This document shows positions 47,870-58,856 of a DNA stretch of 64,000 nt, one piece after another (position 1 is the stretch's first letter; each line of letters begins with the position of its first letter). The position numbers and the translations under genes were made by a program. The notes under the pieces are model-generated. The model was given only the letters and a program-made list of their open reading frames with translations, had not been told where the DNA came from and made no database searches. The stretch is taken from positions 124,001 to 188,000 of IMG/VR virus record IMGVR_UViG_3300034104_003795. One strand, 5' to 3'.

Positions 47870-50580
47870 TATACTGATTTTAATTGCTGAAAATATTGTC
47901 CGATTACGGTTGTGTACCAACTGTTACCCTCAACGGTTTGTTCTACCTGTGTTATTTGGAAAAATCCAAAGTCTCTATATTTTTTAGGAATACCAATAAC
48001 ATTAAAAGTATCACCTCTTCTTAAACCGCTTTTTCCCAAAATTTTAAAAGTATATTTTATCGGTAGTGGGTGTGATGTTTTTTCAACACCACTATATGCT
48101 TCAAATGCATTATTTTTCATAATGTCAAATAATTGAGTATCATCGCAACAATATATTTTAAAGTTTTTATTAAACTCCGTAAAACCTGCTGCGGGTTTCA
48201 ATGCCATTGGTACAATTATATTTGTAATTGGATTTGGTATAACATCAATTTTATTCAAATTTGTACTCAAAGCCGTCTCTGCTACATCCTTTGCCGCGGC
48301 CGTTAGGGTAGCAAGTTCTTTTCGTAAATCTAATAATTTGTCCGCTTCCGATATACCACGATTATATTTATTTGAACTCACTATACCACCAGTTCGTGTT
48401 TCGGTATAAACAAGATTACCTGCGGAATCTTTATATGTATCAGTTACAGTTGTAATCCCACTTCGTAATCCCGATGTTTTACTAGTTTTAACTAAACTAG
48501 CTAATAATGTATCAATTTCTTTTTGTACATCTGCTGGAGCACGAGATGGTGTTGAAGCTTTTTTGGGAGATGATGCTGTGGTTAGTGTGGTTTTTCTATA
48601 ATCCACTTCATCAAAAAATCTATCTTTTGATTTGCCAAATAATCCTCCCATATCCAATCCATGTGAATCAGGATTACTTGAATAATCTTCTCTTTTTAAA
48701 ACAATTTGGTTTGTCATTTCTTGTGGTATATCTATATCCAAAGTTGCTTCTAAAAAGATTGATTGCTCTCCTGAATGGAAAAATTCTTTTACAGTTTTTT
48801 TCTTATTGGCAAGATATCCTCTCCAGTTTTCATCAATTATTTGCAATTTAACACCGCCCTCCATTGGTATTTCAATAACTTGTAAATTCCAAAATGAGTT
48901 TACAGCAGATGACATTTCGTTACACATTTCAACCAACACATCTCTCATTGATTTATTTGATGAGTTTTTTAATGCGTTTATAAATACATTAAAATTTATG
49001 TATAAATTTTCTAATTTTCCATAATACCCAGCTTTTTCATAAAATCCATTATAATAACCACCTGCGGTAATAGTACCAGGTATGTCCACGTCTTGTACAA
49101 AAGATAATAGTGTGGGCACGTATTTGCCAGAACTCGCTTGAAACGCATATCCATCTATACGATTATCTATAAAATTTTTTGTTAAAATATCCTGAATTGA
49201 TACAGGAGTTGGATTGCAATAATATTGATAAAAATCCGGCATTTTTCCAGGTATTATTAATTTACTTGGTTTGGTAGAAAACATATTTGGAAATGCTCCA
49301 ATCAATCCATAATTATTTACTCTACAAGTAACCGATTGAGTTCCCATTTTATATGCCCACAATCCATTATTTGCATTAAGTATATCAAGTGCAGCCCCAA
49401 ATCTTATGTATCGATTTTCAGAAATCAATTTATCTTTTGGAACGGTTAATCCACCAACACTAAATTCTTTTTGACCAAATAATTCTTTTATAGAAGTAAT
49501 AAATGTATCAGCTAATGCATTAGCCACTTCTTGTGAAACTTTATAATCAAAATTTAGTAAATCCCACCAACCATATTCGTCAGTATCATATACCTTTTGA
49601 ATTATAGCTTTAACTTCAGCTGTTTGTCTATTTCCAGGTAGTTTGTTAAACATCCATTTATACCTTCTACCACCCATTGTTTTAGCTCTACCTGCACCAG
49701 TTGCAACCTCATCAATATCATTTATTGAATACGTCTGTGTTGCTGGTATATTTTTAACCTGTTTCGTACTTTTATCCAATTCTAAATAAGTGTGCTGCCC
49801 TTGTAAAAATATTGGTAATCCTGGTGCACCTCTTAAATTAATTGTTAAATTGAATATATCATTTTCCGAACTCAAAGAACCACCCACTATAAATCCATAA
49901 AACGCATCATAATCACCGTATGAACTTATTCGTTTGTTTTGTAATAAATTATAATCCAATCCAACATCGGTTGCTTCAGATATGATTGTTCCAGGAGTGC
50001 CAGTATCTATACATTCCGCAATTGATGCATCGGTGTTCCATCCATATTCAACAAAGAGGGTATGCCCCGGTTCCATTAAATATTCTTGTAAAAGTTCGGC
50101 CTGCGCAAGTGAAAAACATTTAACAGTTAAAGTACAATGTCTTGATATTTGGTCTTTACCTTCCTTTATATCCATAGCAGTTACCAACGGTCCAGGTCTT
50201 AATACAAGGTCTCCTGTCCATGGGGTTAGATACGGATAAATAGCCTTTCCACTAAAATCCACACCAAGCATACCACTTGTATATCTTCCCCCATATAAAC
50301 TCGGTGTTTGGTTTACCGCAGTAATTTGATTACTTGCATTTTTTGTAAATGAAAGGTAGTCCGCAAACATTGGTACATCTGGATTTGAAGAAAGTATCAA
50401 TCCAAAAGAACCAGATTTTCCCGCTTGTAATCTATCGGTTGCTGATATAATACGAACCCACGGCACCAATTCGGTTGAAGCCTGTGTTATATCTACACTT
50501 CCCCCGGTTGGTGCTTTACCTGATGTTTGTATGTTGTTATAGATATCGGTATCAATACTACCAAATACTGGATATGACAT
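47869..50580 (-). CDS. Putative baseplate hub protein
   Basis: 903 aa, downstream of the LysM/wedge gene; C-terminal GFFQITQVEQTVEGNSWYTTV beta-barrel pattern of phage hub proteins. Confidence 0.55.
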   Translation of the reverse strand: MSYPVFGSIDTDIYNNIQTSGKAPTGGSVDITQASTELVPWVRIISATDRLQAGKSGSFGLILSSNPDVPMFADYLSFTKNASNQITAVNQTPSLYGGRYTSGMLGVDFSGKAIYPYLTPWTGDLVLRPGPLVTAMDIKEGKDQISRHCTLTVKCFSLAQAELLQEYLMEPGHTLFVEYGWNTDASIAECIDTGTPGTIISEATDVGLDYNLLQNKRISSYGDYDAFYGFIVGGSLSSENDIFNLTINLRGAPGLPIFLQGQHTYLELDKSTKQVKNIPATQTYSINDIDEVATGAGRAKTMGGRRYKWMFNKLPGNRQTAEVKAIIQKVYDTDEYGWWDLLNFDYKVSQEVANALADTFITSIKELFGQKEFSVGGLTVPKDKLISENRYIRFGAALDILNANNGLWAYKMGTQSVTCRVNNYGLIGAFPNMFSTKPSKLIIPGKMPDFYQYYCNPTPVSIQDILTKNFIDNRIDGYAFQASSGKYVPTLLSFVQDVDIPGTITAGGYYNGFYEKAGYYGKLENLYINFNVFINALKNSSNKSMRDVLVEMCNEMSSAVNSFWNLQVIEIPMEGGVKLQIIDENWRGYLANKKKTVKEFFHSGEQSIFLEATLDIDIPQEMTNQIVLKREDYSSNPDSHGLDMGGLFGKSKDRFFDEVDYRKTTLTTASSPKKASTPSRAPADVQKEIDTLLASLVKTSKTSGLRSGITTVTDTYKDSAGNLVYTETRTGGIVSSNKYNRGISEADKLLDLRKELATLTAAAKDVAETALSTNLNKIDVIPNPITNIIVPMALKPAAGFTEFNKNFKIYCCDDTQLFDIMKNNAFEAYSGVEKTSHPLPIKYTFKILGKSGLRRGDTFNVIGIPKKYRDFGFFQITQVEQTVEGNSWYTTVIGQYFQQLKSV

Positions 50581-50598
50581 ATTGTATATATTTTATTT

Positions 50599-50883
50599 TT
50601 AATAACCCATTTGAGAAAGTATGGCCTGATATGCTAACGGTATTCTTAATATTGTCCCATCAGGAAATCCAATAGGAGCATTATGAATTTTATTTGCCGC
50701 AGCTATAATCCACCATAAATTTGAATCTTTGTAAAAAGTGTATGCCAAAGAATCCAGTCTATCACCGGTTTCGGTTGCCACATATATATCGGTTGGTGAT
50801 TCTGAAATATCTGGCAAAACTCTTGGTAAATAAACTTCTTTTCCGTCTATTGTTTTTTTTATTAAATTATTTCTATATCTCAT
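50599..50883 (-). CDS. LysM-like baseplate wedge / tail-X protein (gp53-like)
   Basis: GDRLDSLAYTFYKDSNLWWIIAAAN...GTILRIP. Confidence 0.8.
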   Translation of the reverse strand: MRYRNNLIKKTIDGKEVYLPRVLPDISESPTDIYVATETGDRLDSLAYTFYKDSNLWWIIAAANKIHNAPIGFPDGTILRIPLAYQAILSQMGY

Positions 50884-50907
50884 ATAATTAAGTATTAAAA
50901 ATCATAA

Positions 50908-52569
50908 TTATCTCTTCAAATCCGCACCTTGAAAAATCTTGTCACGTGCTGCATCACCGGAACGCAACCCCCTTTGACGATTGAATTCTTTTGGTGCATA
51001 TTTTGGATTTGCTGTATAAAACAATGGAAGAATATCTTTATTCCATTTTCCTTTTACCAATTCTTTATTTTCATTTTTAAAATTGACATATGCTTCGGTC
51101 GCTGCTGTCCGATTAGCATCTTTTACAAGTTCTCTAATAGCGGCCTCGTTATTTTTTAAGTTAGTATAATTAGCATAATTTATTGTAGTGATGGTTGAGC
51201 TAGTACCAGTTGTTCCGCTATTAGCACTTGTTGTTATAACAAGTTGGGTAGTAGTTAATTCTGCCTGTTGTTCCTTTTTCACAGGTGTTTTAACCATAAA
51301 ATTTCCATTTGGTTCAATTATAAATTGACCACCTGCCGCTTCCAAATCGGTTTTATACTTTGCTAACTGATTAATAACTGTATTGTTATAATCTATCCCG
51401 GAAGCTAATTTTTGTGATCCAGAATACCCCTTTCCAATCTTTGCTATTGATTTTACAATATCTTTTATAACTACTTCATATACTAAATCTACAACTCCAC
51501 TTGTTACTTTTTCAAAACCTGATTTTTTTTCTTTAGCCTTAAGTTGTTTTAATGCTGTTATCGCTTTATCATAACTTGCATATGCTTCAGGTTGAAATAT
51601 TCTATCTAATTTTTGAATCCATACATCTTTTGCCTTTTTAGTATCAAATTCCGCTATAAATCCTTCTAGTTGTTGTAGTTCACTTTTGGGTTTAGGTCCT
51701 AATAATCTCGGTGCTAAACGTACATTATCTACCAGATTTTTTTGTAATACCGTAGCTCTTTGTATTCCAAAATTTGTTGCAACATTATTCGTTGATGCGA
51801 CATTTTCTGGATTTGTTGGATTATAGTTATTTGTTTCAATGTGAGATTGATTGAGCTCACCATGTCCATTAGCCCATGGTTCGTAATGTTGTTTGTATCC
51901 AGGTACTATACTTTTTGCTATTTTTTTTGTACCACCTGCTTCAACTAATTGTAATCCCACAAACGGGTAAGTAATTTGCATCGGAACGTGACCTTTAACA
52001 TCCGGTGTTCCAAACTTTATGGCCGGTAAATGGTGATATTTTTTATGTAGACCAACACCAAAATTTGTCCATCCTTGTATTGCTTCTCCTACAAGTCTTT
52101 CCGTGGGGTCAACGGAGCTTAAAAGTTTTTTAGATGTATTATCAAGTGCAGGATTTGTAAATTTATATGAAGCAAACGATGGTTTAAGTACGGTCGCAAC
52201 TACACTTATTCCCAATGAACTTAAAACATTCACATCATCCGCTGCTAAACTAACTGTTGATGCAGTTATTCTTCCGGCGTTTAAACTAATTTGAGCAACC
52301 TTTCCCTCAACCGTTATTAATAACAATGTATTATATACTACTCCTGCAGCTCCTGATATCATTTTTTTATGAAAATCAGCAGCACTTAAATATTGTCCAG
52401 ATTCTGAATCAAATAATTTACCTCTATTTTGATAATAAAAATCCGATACTACCCCGTATGGAATTTTTTGAGTGGTCGTCCCATTCGGATTGGTGGTGGT
52501 TGTGGTTTTATTTGCGGGCTTTTCACCACCTTTATCATTTTTTACAGGCGCTGTACTATATACACTCAT
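50908..52569 (-). CDS. Hypothetical tail/baseplate-region protein
   Basis: 553 aa ORF inside the tail operon; no recognised motif. Confidence 0.6.
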   Translation of the reverse strand: MSVYSTAPVKNDKGGEKPANKTTTTTNPNGTTTQKIPYGVVSDFYYQNRGKLFDSESGQYLSAADFHKKMISGAAGVVYNTLLLITVEGKVAQISLNAGRITASTVSLAADDVNVLSSLGISVVATVLKPSFASYKFTNPALDNTSKKLLSSVDPTERLVGEAIQGWTNFGVGLHKKYHHLPAIKFGTPDVKGHVPMQITYPFVGLQLVEAGGTKKIAKSIVPGYKQHYEPWANGHGELNQSHIETNNYNPTNPENVASTNNVATNFGIQRATVLQKNLVDNVRLAPRLLGPKPKSELQQLEGFIAEFDTKKAKDVWIQKLDRIFQPEAYASYDKAITALKQLKAKEKKSGFEKVTSGVVDLVYEVVIKDIVKSIAKIGKGYSGSQKLASGIDYNNTVINQLAKYKTDLEAAGGQFIIEPNGNFMVKTPVKKEQQAELTTTQLVITTSANSGTTGTSSTITTINYANYTNLKNNEAAIRELVKDANRTAATEAYVNFKNENKELVKGKWNKDILPLFYTANPKYAPKEFNRQRGLRSGDAARDKIFQGADLKR

Positions 52570-52572
52570 TTA

Positions 52573-54531
52573 TTAAACTTTTGTATAGTTAGGTGGAACC
52601 GGTTTACCTGTTTTTTGGTCTTTACTTTCGTATATTGCAGGTAATTCGTAACCATATAGATTTGAAGTTTCAATTGTCTGTCTTGATTCTAAGAATTTAA
52701 GCGATACTTCAATATCCATCATCATTGGAAGTTTATGATTTTTTGATGTCAATTGATTTTCAATAAAAGCAGCATATCCCCCAATATTTGGAATAGGTAA
52801 CATTTGCGTACCATTTGCTATTTTTTCATTTAATCCGATTTCCCAAGGACTATCCTGATTAATTGCAAAAGAAAGGTTATCAATAATTGCCGGTTTTGCA
52901 ACATACAAATCACCTAATGTAAATTTAATAATAGGTGGAACAACTGCTCCAGATGCTCCTTTGAATTCTTGTGGCATGGTTAGTTTTCCTAAAAAATCAA
53001 GTTTTTTCCAAACATTCATATGCTCAACTAAATTCAAAGAAAAAACTCTAAAACTAAAAGTACAAGTTCTTTCAATACTATCATAGGTATAAAATGGAAA
53101 TGGATTTCCTATAAATTTATGAGTCTCCCAAGATGGTGTAAAAGTTTCAGTAAAATCGGTTACCGTACATCTAAATTGAACCGTTTTATCCAATCCAACC
53201 GAATAAAATTTTAAAGGAATAAAATCAAAATCATCAAAAGAGTTATTGGTATTTGAATCAACAACTTCAATACCACTATAAACCACATCATCCGATAAAT
53301 TTATTACATCACCTTTTGTTGACATTCCTCTTTTAGCATCTCTTGAATTAGCAATAATAGTTTTGTCACTGCTCTTTGATGCTGGTTCAGTATTTATAAA
53401 ATTTAACAGGTCTTCATCCGCTTGTTTTTGAGGTGTAGCGGGTGAAGATGCTGGTAATTTTATATTTGGGTCTGCTTTTAATGCTTCAGCTACTCTTTGT
53501 AAAAAAATCGCTTTAAGTGTAGTTTGCTCACTTAATGGTCTAGTAGTTTCATAATCCGCGGATTTTCCATATGGATTATAACTTGACCAAGGAGTATCTT
53601 CTCTTCCTAATGGTGTTTTGCCAGGAACACCACTGGCAGCTTGTAATTTATTTGCTGCAATTTTCTTTTTTGTTACAGCATTTACTCCTAAATTTATTAA
53701 TGACCTTACACCGGATTTTACAAGTCCTGATGCGATTCCCGCTACCGTAGATTGAATAACTCCTCCAGTTTGAGATAATATGTTTTTATTTTCTTTTAAA
53801 AGATTTGCAAAGAATCCCGGAACTTTTGATGAATTTGCTAATGTTGTTATGGCCTTATCTCTATTATATTCCCTATTAAAATTGGTTGCTTTATTGCCAC
53901 TACCCGCCTTTCCTCTTGTTTGCAATTCTTCTGCAACTTTTGAAGGGACCATTGGCATTGGTAAAACCGAACCCAATAATCCACCGGCCACATTTACCGC
54001 TAATTGCGTTCCCAGTGCAGTTATATCCGGTGCAGGTGGTCTTGCATCTTTTCCTTTTTTACCAGCAAATAAATTATTAATATAATCATTTGCCATATTA
54101 CCCGCTGCATTTGCAATAGTATCGGTAATACCAGAAAGTCCATTGTTTAAATTTGCTTTTTGTTTAATATAACTTAAACTTGTTGTTCTTTTATTTAGAA
54201 TTCTAAAAATATCCCCACCATAAATTAAAGGTCTTGCAGTGATTGCAAATTGTTGTAAACCTACCTGTTCTTGCTCTACAAATGATTCACCTTCCGTAAC
54301 ACTAAACTTTTTTCTTCTTTCGTTTATTTTACCGATAAAATCAAAACTTTTAATAACACCACCCAAAAGACTAGGATTTGTATTTTTATTAATTGCTCTT
54401 AATAAAAAATTTGAAGATTGTATAGGTAAATCTTTGCTGTTTCTAATAGCATATGCATCTTCCGCAGTTTTTCCTGTATTCGGTCCTTCGGTTATTACTT
54501 TATTTTTAAATAATTCTTCTAAAGTTGGCAT
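52573..54531 (-). CDS. Tail tube initiator / baseplate protein (gp48/gp54-like C-terminal domain)
   Basis: C-terminal TETFTPSW...FYTYDSIERTCTFSF...PPIIKFTLGDLY; follows the tape measure gene. Confidence 0.6.
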   Translation of the reverse strand: MPTLEELFKNKVITEGPNTGKTAEDAYAIRNSKDLPIQSSNFLLRAINKNTNPSLLGGVIKSFDFIGKINERRKKFSVTEGESFVEQEQVGLQQFAITARPLIYGGDIFRILNKRTTSLSYIKQKANLNNGLSGITDTIANAAGNMANDYINNLFAGKKGKDARPPAPDITALGTQLAVNVAGGLLGSVLPMPMVPSKVAEELQTRGKAGSGNKATNFNREYNRDKAITTLANSSKVPGFFANLLKENKNILSQTGGVIQSTVAGIASGLVKSGVRSLINLGVNAVTKKKIAANKLQAASGVPGKTPLGREDTPWSSYNPYGKSADYETTRPLSEQTTLKAIFLQRVAEALKADPNIKLPASSPATPQKQADEDLLNFINTEPASKSSDKTIIANSRDAKRGMSTKGDVINLSDDVVYSGIEVVDSNTNNSFDDFDFIPLKFYSVGLDKTVQFRCTVTDFTETFTPSWETHKFIGNPFPFYTYDSIERTCTFSFRVFSLNLVEHMNVWKKLDFLGKLTMPQEFKGASGAVVPPIIKFTLGDLYVAKPAIIDNLSFAINQDSPWEIGLNEKIANGTQMLPIPNIGGYAAFIENQLTSKNHKLPMMMDIEVSLKFLESRQTIETSNLYGYELPAIYESKDQKTGKPVPPNYTKV

Positions 54532-54550
54532 TATTTCTATTTATTTTTTC

Positions 54551-56956
54551 TTATCGTTGTCCGTAACTAAAATTGTTTCTCGTAGAATTTTCAGATACAT
54601 TTGTTATACCTGATGTGATTTTCATACCATCCAAGAATGCGTTTGCTTTAATCTTACCAGACCCCATATCTTCTCTTAATTTTTTCACTTCATTTATTAA
54701 AAGTGTTACACCACTATTTGCATTCAGTCCACCAGTTTGTACTCCACCGGCATTTGCCATTCTATTTTGGCTTTCTAATCGGTTTAATACACCAGGTCCT
54801 ACTGCAATTTGGTCATTTCCGGATGGTTCAAATATTCCACCTTCCGCTGTTGTGATTCTCGCTTTTCCACCACTATTCCCAGCATCAATCGCCATATCAC
54901 CAACTTGTTTCGCTTGATTTATTTTTGATAATAAGCCTGCTACAGCCAGTCCCGCTAAAGCAACTCCAAATGGTCCCATAGCACCAAAGCCGGTAAAAAT
55001 AGCTGCTATTGCACTAGCTATTGATTTTATATACAGTTTAGCTAAAACACCAACTAACACATATGCCGCAATACTACCTTGCTTTAAACCATCAACTACC
55101 ATTTTAATACCTTCCGCTGCCCATGTTATCGGTGCAAGTACGGCCTGTAATACCGGTGCTAAAGCTTCTAATATTGGCATTAATGCACCACCCACTTGTG
55201 CAACTACACTTTGAAATGAATTTTCTAATTGTTTTACTTTATCAACAATTTCTTCTTGTTTTTCCAATTCTTTTACTTTGGAAGCAAGTTGGTCTTCATT
55301 AAGTGCAGTAATATCTAAACCTTTATCCATTGCTTCGGATACAAGTTTCTTTTGTTCGGCAGTTGCACTATTTAATCTATCCTGTATAGTTAATTGCTTT
55401 GTAATTTCACCCACAGTCATATTCGTTGCATCTGCCAAAGCTTTTTGAGTGAACATATCTTTATCTCTAAAATCACCACTCCTTTGCAATTGTCTTAAAA
55501 CTTCTTGTTGTGCTTCAATTTCTTTTCCTGAATATGCTAAAGCTCTAGCACGTGATAAATTAAACTGCCCACTAACAAATGTAGCTGCAACTAATTCTTT
55601 TTCTATACCGGTTTCAAAATCTAAAAGACCTTCTGCCGTTTTGAGAACACCTTTTAAATTTGTTCCTAATCTTCTAGCTTCTATTGCCGATTTATAAAGA
55701 GCATTTACATCATCTCTAAAATATAGATTTGCTTCTTCGGCAGATTCAGCAATATCTGCAAATACCTGAGATGGTGCAACCCCTGCCATATTTGCAAGGT
55801 CAGCCAATTGCATTGAAACGTTTTGTGCAGTTTCAGCACTTAGCCCCGCCATACTCTGGAATACCATATTTACGGCAGCAGCATCTTTTTGAGCAACTGA
55901 AAAGTTTTTGTTTAAAACTACAATCGATGCGACTGTTGCATTGGAAAATCTAGCTGTATCACCAAATTCTTCGGTTACTGCTTTAATTGTATCGTAATAA
56001 TCTTCCGCGGTTACTCCTAATGCAGCAAAGTCAGCTCTAATAGTTTTTGCCTGTTCAGCTATTTCTTTTGTATTAGATTTTGTTAATCCAGTATCTTCTC
56101 TAAATTTACCGGCAGCTTCTTCAATTGCAGTAAATTCGCTTAATGCAGCGGCTAATACGGCCCCCAATATAACAATAGGACCTAATCCGGCTGCAATTCC
56201 TTTTATTAAATCTTTTACAACGGTTAACGCCGATTGTAGTCCTTCTGGCAATGCACCTACTAATTGGTCTTGTTGCTTTTGTAGTTCAACTAATCGTTCC
56301 TGTTGTTTTAATAAATTTTCGTTTGATTCAAATATTTGTTCGGATAGTTTTCTATCTTCTTCATTCATTCCAAGAATAGATGCCTGAAATTCTTGTCTCC
56401 TTCTTTGTGAATCGGTTATACCAAATACGTTTTCTTTTTCAGTTGCCAAAGCTTCTGCCGCATCTATTTGAGTACTTCTTATACCTTCTAATGCTTTTCT
56501 TCTCTCTTGTATTGCTTCTAACTCATCGCCCTCTGCATTAATTTCTTGCTTTTTTAAACTTAAAATTCTAGCAGTGATTGCCGCAAATTGATTACCACCC
56601 GTATTAGAATCTGTTAGGTATTTTTTAACCTCTGGTGTCATTTTAGCAAACGCAGATGCAAAATCATTTGAGGTTTTCCAAAAATCTTCTTGTTTTTCTG
56701 CCGCTTCTTCCCAAAGGTCTGTATAATCTTTGGCTTTATCTTCAACTTCTTTTAAAGTTTTTAATTCTTCGTTTAAGTTTTTGGCATGAGTTTTATCTTC
56801 CTCATTTCTTTTTTTAAGGCGTTTAATTTCTTCTTGTCCAGCAACAGCTATTCTTTTATTTCGCTCTTCTATTCGCTGTTCAATTTGGTCTCGCTCTTTT
56901 AGTAGTTGATTTTGTCTTTCCAACTCTTGAGCCGATAAATTTCTTACATCTGCCAT
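54551..56956 (-). CDS. Tape measure protein
   Basis: Coiled-coil, Ala/Leu/Gly-rich 801 aa protein with hydrophobic segments, downstream of tube and chaperone genes. Confidence 0.8.
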   Translation of the reverse strand: MADVRNLSAQELERQNQLLKERDQIEQRIEERNKRIAVAGQEEIKRLKKRNEEDKTHAKNLNEELKTLKEVEDKAKDYTDLWEEAAEKQEDFWKTSNDFASAFAKMTPEVKKYLTDSNTGGNQFAAITARILSLKKQEINAEGDELEAIQERRKALEGIRSTQIDAAEALATEKENVFGITDSQRRRQEFQASILGMNEEDRKLSEQIFESNENLLKQQERLVELQKQQDQLVGALPEGLQSALTVVKDLIKGIAAGLGPIVILGAVLAAALSEFTAIEEAAGKFREDTGLTKSNTKEIAEQAKTIRADFAALGVTAEDYYDTIKAVTEEFGDTARFSNATVASIVVLNKNFSVAQKDAAAVNMVFQSMAGLSAETAQNVSMQLADLANMAGVAPSQVFADIAESAEEANLYFRDDVNALYKSAIEARRLGTNLKGVLKTAEGLLDFETGIEKELVAATFVSGQFNLSRARALAYSGKEIEAQQEVLRQLQRSGDFRDKDMFTQKALADATNMTVGEITKQLTIQDRLNSATAEQKKLVSEAMDKGLDITALNEDQLASKVKELEKQEEIVDKVKQLENSFQSVVAQVGGALMPILEALAPVLQAVLAPITWAAEGIKMVVDGLKQGSIAAYVLVGVLAKLYIKSIASAIAAIFTGFGAMGPFGVALAGLAVAGLLSKINQAKQVGDMAIDAGNSGGKARITTAEGGIFEPSGNDQIAVGPGVLNRLESQNRMANAGGVQTGGLNANSGVTLLINEVKKLREDMGSGKIKANAFLDGMKITSGITNVSENSTRNNFSYGQR

Positions 56957-56966
56957 TTACAAACTT

Positions 56967-57200
56967 TTATTTTATAAATCCGTTTTTTTGTAAATACTGA
57001 TAAATTTCCGGTTCTTCTTTTTTTACTGTATCCAAATAATCGGTAGCTTTATCGTGTATATTTCTTAAATCAGATTGAAGTTTTTTAAGAACTGGGTCAT
57101 TATTAACAATTGCTTGTAATTTTTCCGGTGTTTTCTTATTAGTAAACAATCCCCAAAACTCTTGTAAGTTGTTTTCTGATATTTTGTATTTTTTTCCCAT
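56967..57200 (-). CDS. Hypothetical protein
   Basis: 77 aa, preceded by ATATTTAT at 57229..57236. Confidence 0.65.
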   Translation of the reverse strand: MGKKYKISENNLQEFWGLFTNKKTPEKLQAIVNNDPVLKKLQSDLRNIHDKATDYLDTVKKEEPEIYQYLQKNGFIK

Positions 57201-57241
57201 TTTACGTTTATTTACACTTATTCAAACTATAAATATCTACT

Positions 57242-57280
57242 AAAAGAAAAAGTTAGGACTATCTCTTAATCCTAACTTTT
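57242..57280 (-). terminator. Intrinsic terminator overlapping the stop of the frameshift ORF
   Basis: AAAAGTTAGGA-N11-TCCTAACTTTT followed by TCTTTT. Confidence 0.7.
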
Positions 57281-57481
57281 GAAGATGTATTACCTTTTTG
57301 TGCTTGTTTAGCATCTTCTGCTTCTTTTTTCTTGGATTCTACCAACTTATCGTAATAAAACATTCTTAAATAAGTTGGCATTTTATAAAGTTCCATCATC
57401 GTAAACCCATTACTATACTCAACCATTTCAAAAATTTGAGTATGTAGGTGTACACTATGATTCCTCGGAAGGCCAAAAAAA
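57259..57481 (-). CDS. Tail chaperone C-terminal extension (gp51/gpT-like), probably reached by frameshift; not in ORF track
   Basis: The +1 frame is open from the T7 run: FFGLPRNHSVHLHTQIFEMVEYSNGFTMMELYKMPTYLRMFYYDKLVESKKKEAEDAKQAQKGNTSSKVRIKR*. An internal ATG lies at 57426. Confidence 0.65.
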
Positions 57482-58219
57482 CCCTACTCCCATTGGAATA
57501 GGCGCCTCCTCCACCTCACCATCTTCGTGGATATATTTAAATACCATATTCATATCTGGTGAAATCTTCTTAACATAATCTCTAAATGCTTTACTATCTC
57601 TAGCTAAAAATTCATTATTGATGAATTTATTAATTCTACCAATATCCGAATTACCATCAACCGATTTAATCATATAACGTAATCTCGTTGTAATTTCAAA
57701 AGATGTATCCTTATTTAGTTTTTCTAATGCCTGAATATCTTTATCAATCGCTCTTTCATCACCATGTGTAAGTAATTTAAATGTTAATTTATTTTTACCA
57801 ATAGGTGTTGTAAATTCAAATTCATTGATATTTTGAACATCTGATACATCAATATCCTTTGTTCTAATTTCCGATATATCTACGGTTGTTTCAACTGTTT
57901 TATTAAGTTTATTAGAATAAAATGATATTTTATAATTAGGTCCATAACCTAAAAGTCTTGTTGCAAGAACAATTGCGTTTTTATCACCAATTAGAATATC
58001 ATCAATATTAACGTTATCTACTATAATTGATTCAAAAAGTTTATCTAAAACAATACCTTTTTTAATTAAATTTGCAGATGAAAGAATATCCTCTTCCTTC
58101 GCTGTCATATACTTTATTGTAATATTACCAGAGGATAATGGGTTTGTTTTTGGGTAAAGTTTTCCTTTAGACGGAAGTTCAATTACCTGTGTTGGAAAAT
58201 CAAATTGCTTTTCACTCAT
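57455..58219 (-). CDS. Tail assembly chaperone / baseplate hub assembly protein (gp26-like)
   Basis: IELPSKG..YP, MTAKEEDIL, GDKNAI..ATR..GYG and C-terminal GFFWP; lies between tube and tape measure genes. Confidence 0.75.
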   Translation of the reverse strand: MSEKQFDFPTQVIELPSKGKLYPKTNPLSSGNITIKYMTAKEEDILSSANLIKKGIVLDKLFESIIVDNVNIDDILIGDKNAIVLATRLLGYGPNYKISFYSNKLNKTVETTVDISEIRTKDIDVSDVQNINEFEFTTPIGKNKLTFKLLTHGDERAIDKDIQALEKLNKDTSFEITTRLRYMIKSVDGNSDIGRINKFINNEFLARDSKAFRDYVKKISPDMNMVFKYIHEDGEVEEAPIPMGVGFFWPSEES

Positions 58220-58277
58220 AACTTTGTGTTTTATTTTGTTTGTATATATAAATACATAAATTTAAAAAATTTGAAAT

Positions 58278-58308
58278 AAAAAAAGGGATACCTTTTGAGT
58301 ATCCCTTT
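58278..58308 (-). terminator. Intrinsic terminator after the tail tube gene
   Basis: AAAGGGATAC-N7-GTATCCCTTT running into TTTTATTT. Confidence 0.85.
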
Positions 58309-58327
58309 ATTATATCTAAATTGATTA

Positions 58328-58831
58328 TTAGTATTCTAATATAGCGTAATCATATGTAAGAGTTAATTCAATTGTTGCAGGTTCGTTTTCGCTTGAGAAA
58401 TCAAGTTCACCAAATGCCGCTCTTGAAATAAATGCACCCATAATAGTCCATTTTTCAATCTTATCACCAACAGGTCCTAACATATAGAAGTTAAGATTTT
58501 TCTTATAGAATTCAGCGTATCCATCTCTACCGGTAATAGATTCATGTGATAAACGTACCCACTCCATTACATATTGTGCCGCTGATGGTACAATTGGGTC
58601 ATAAAGTGTGATAGTTAAATCTTGCCACTCACCTTTACCTTTAAGTTTTCTATAAACGTTAATGTGGTCAATCTTTACAGTTTGAAACTGAATTTCTGGT
58701 CTATTTGCCGCCTTTACCATATATGCTGGAATGCCAGTATCTGCCATTTCCATATAGTAACGATTCTTCATCTTTGGCTCAAACTGAGCGAAAGTCATTT
58801 TATCATACGATAATATTAAATCATCTGCCAT
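58328..58831 (-). CDS. Tail tube protein (T4 gp19-like)
   Basis: EPKMKNRY, KGKGEWQDLTITLYDP, EKWTIMGAF and LTLTYDYA. Confidence 0.88.
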   Translation of the reverse strand: MADDLILSYDKMTFAQFEPKMKNRYYMEMADTGIPAYMVKAANRPEIQFQTVKIDHINVYRKLKGKGEWQDLTITLYDPIVPSAAQYVMEWVRLSHESITGRDGYAEFYKKNLNFYMLGPVGDKIEKWTIMGAFISRAAFGELDFSSENEPATIELTLTYDYAILEY

Positions 58832-58856
58832 TTTTCTTTCCTTTTAATTTATATTA

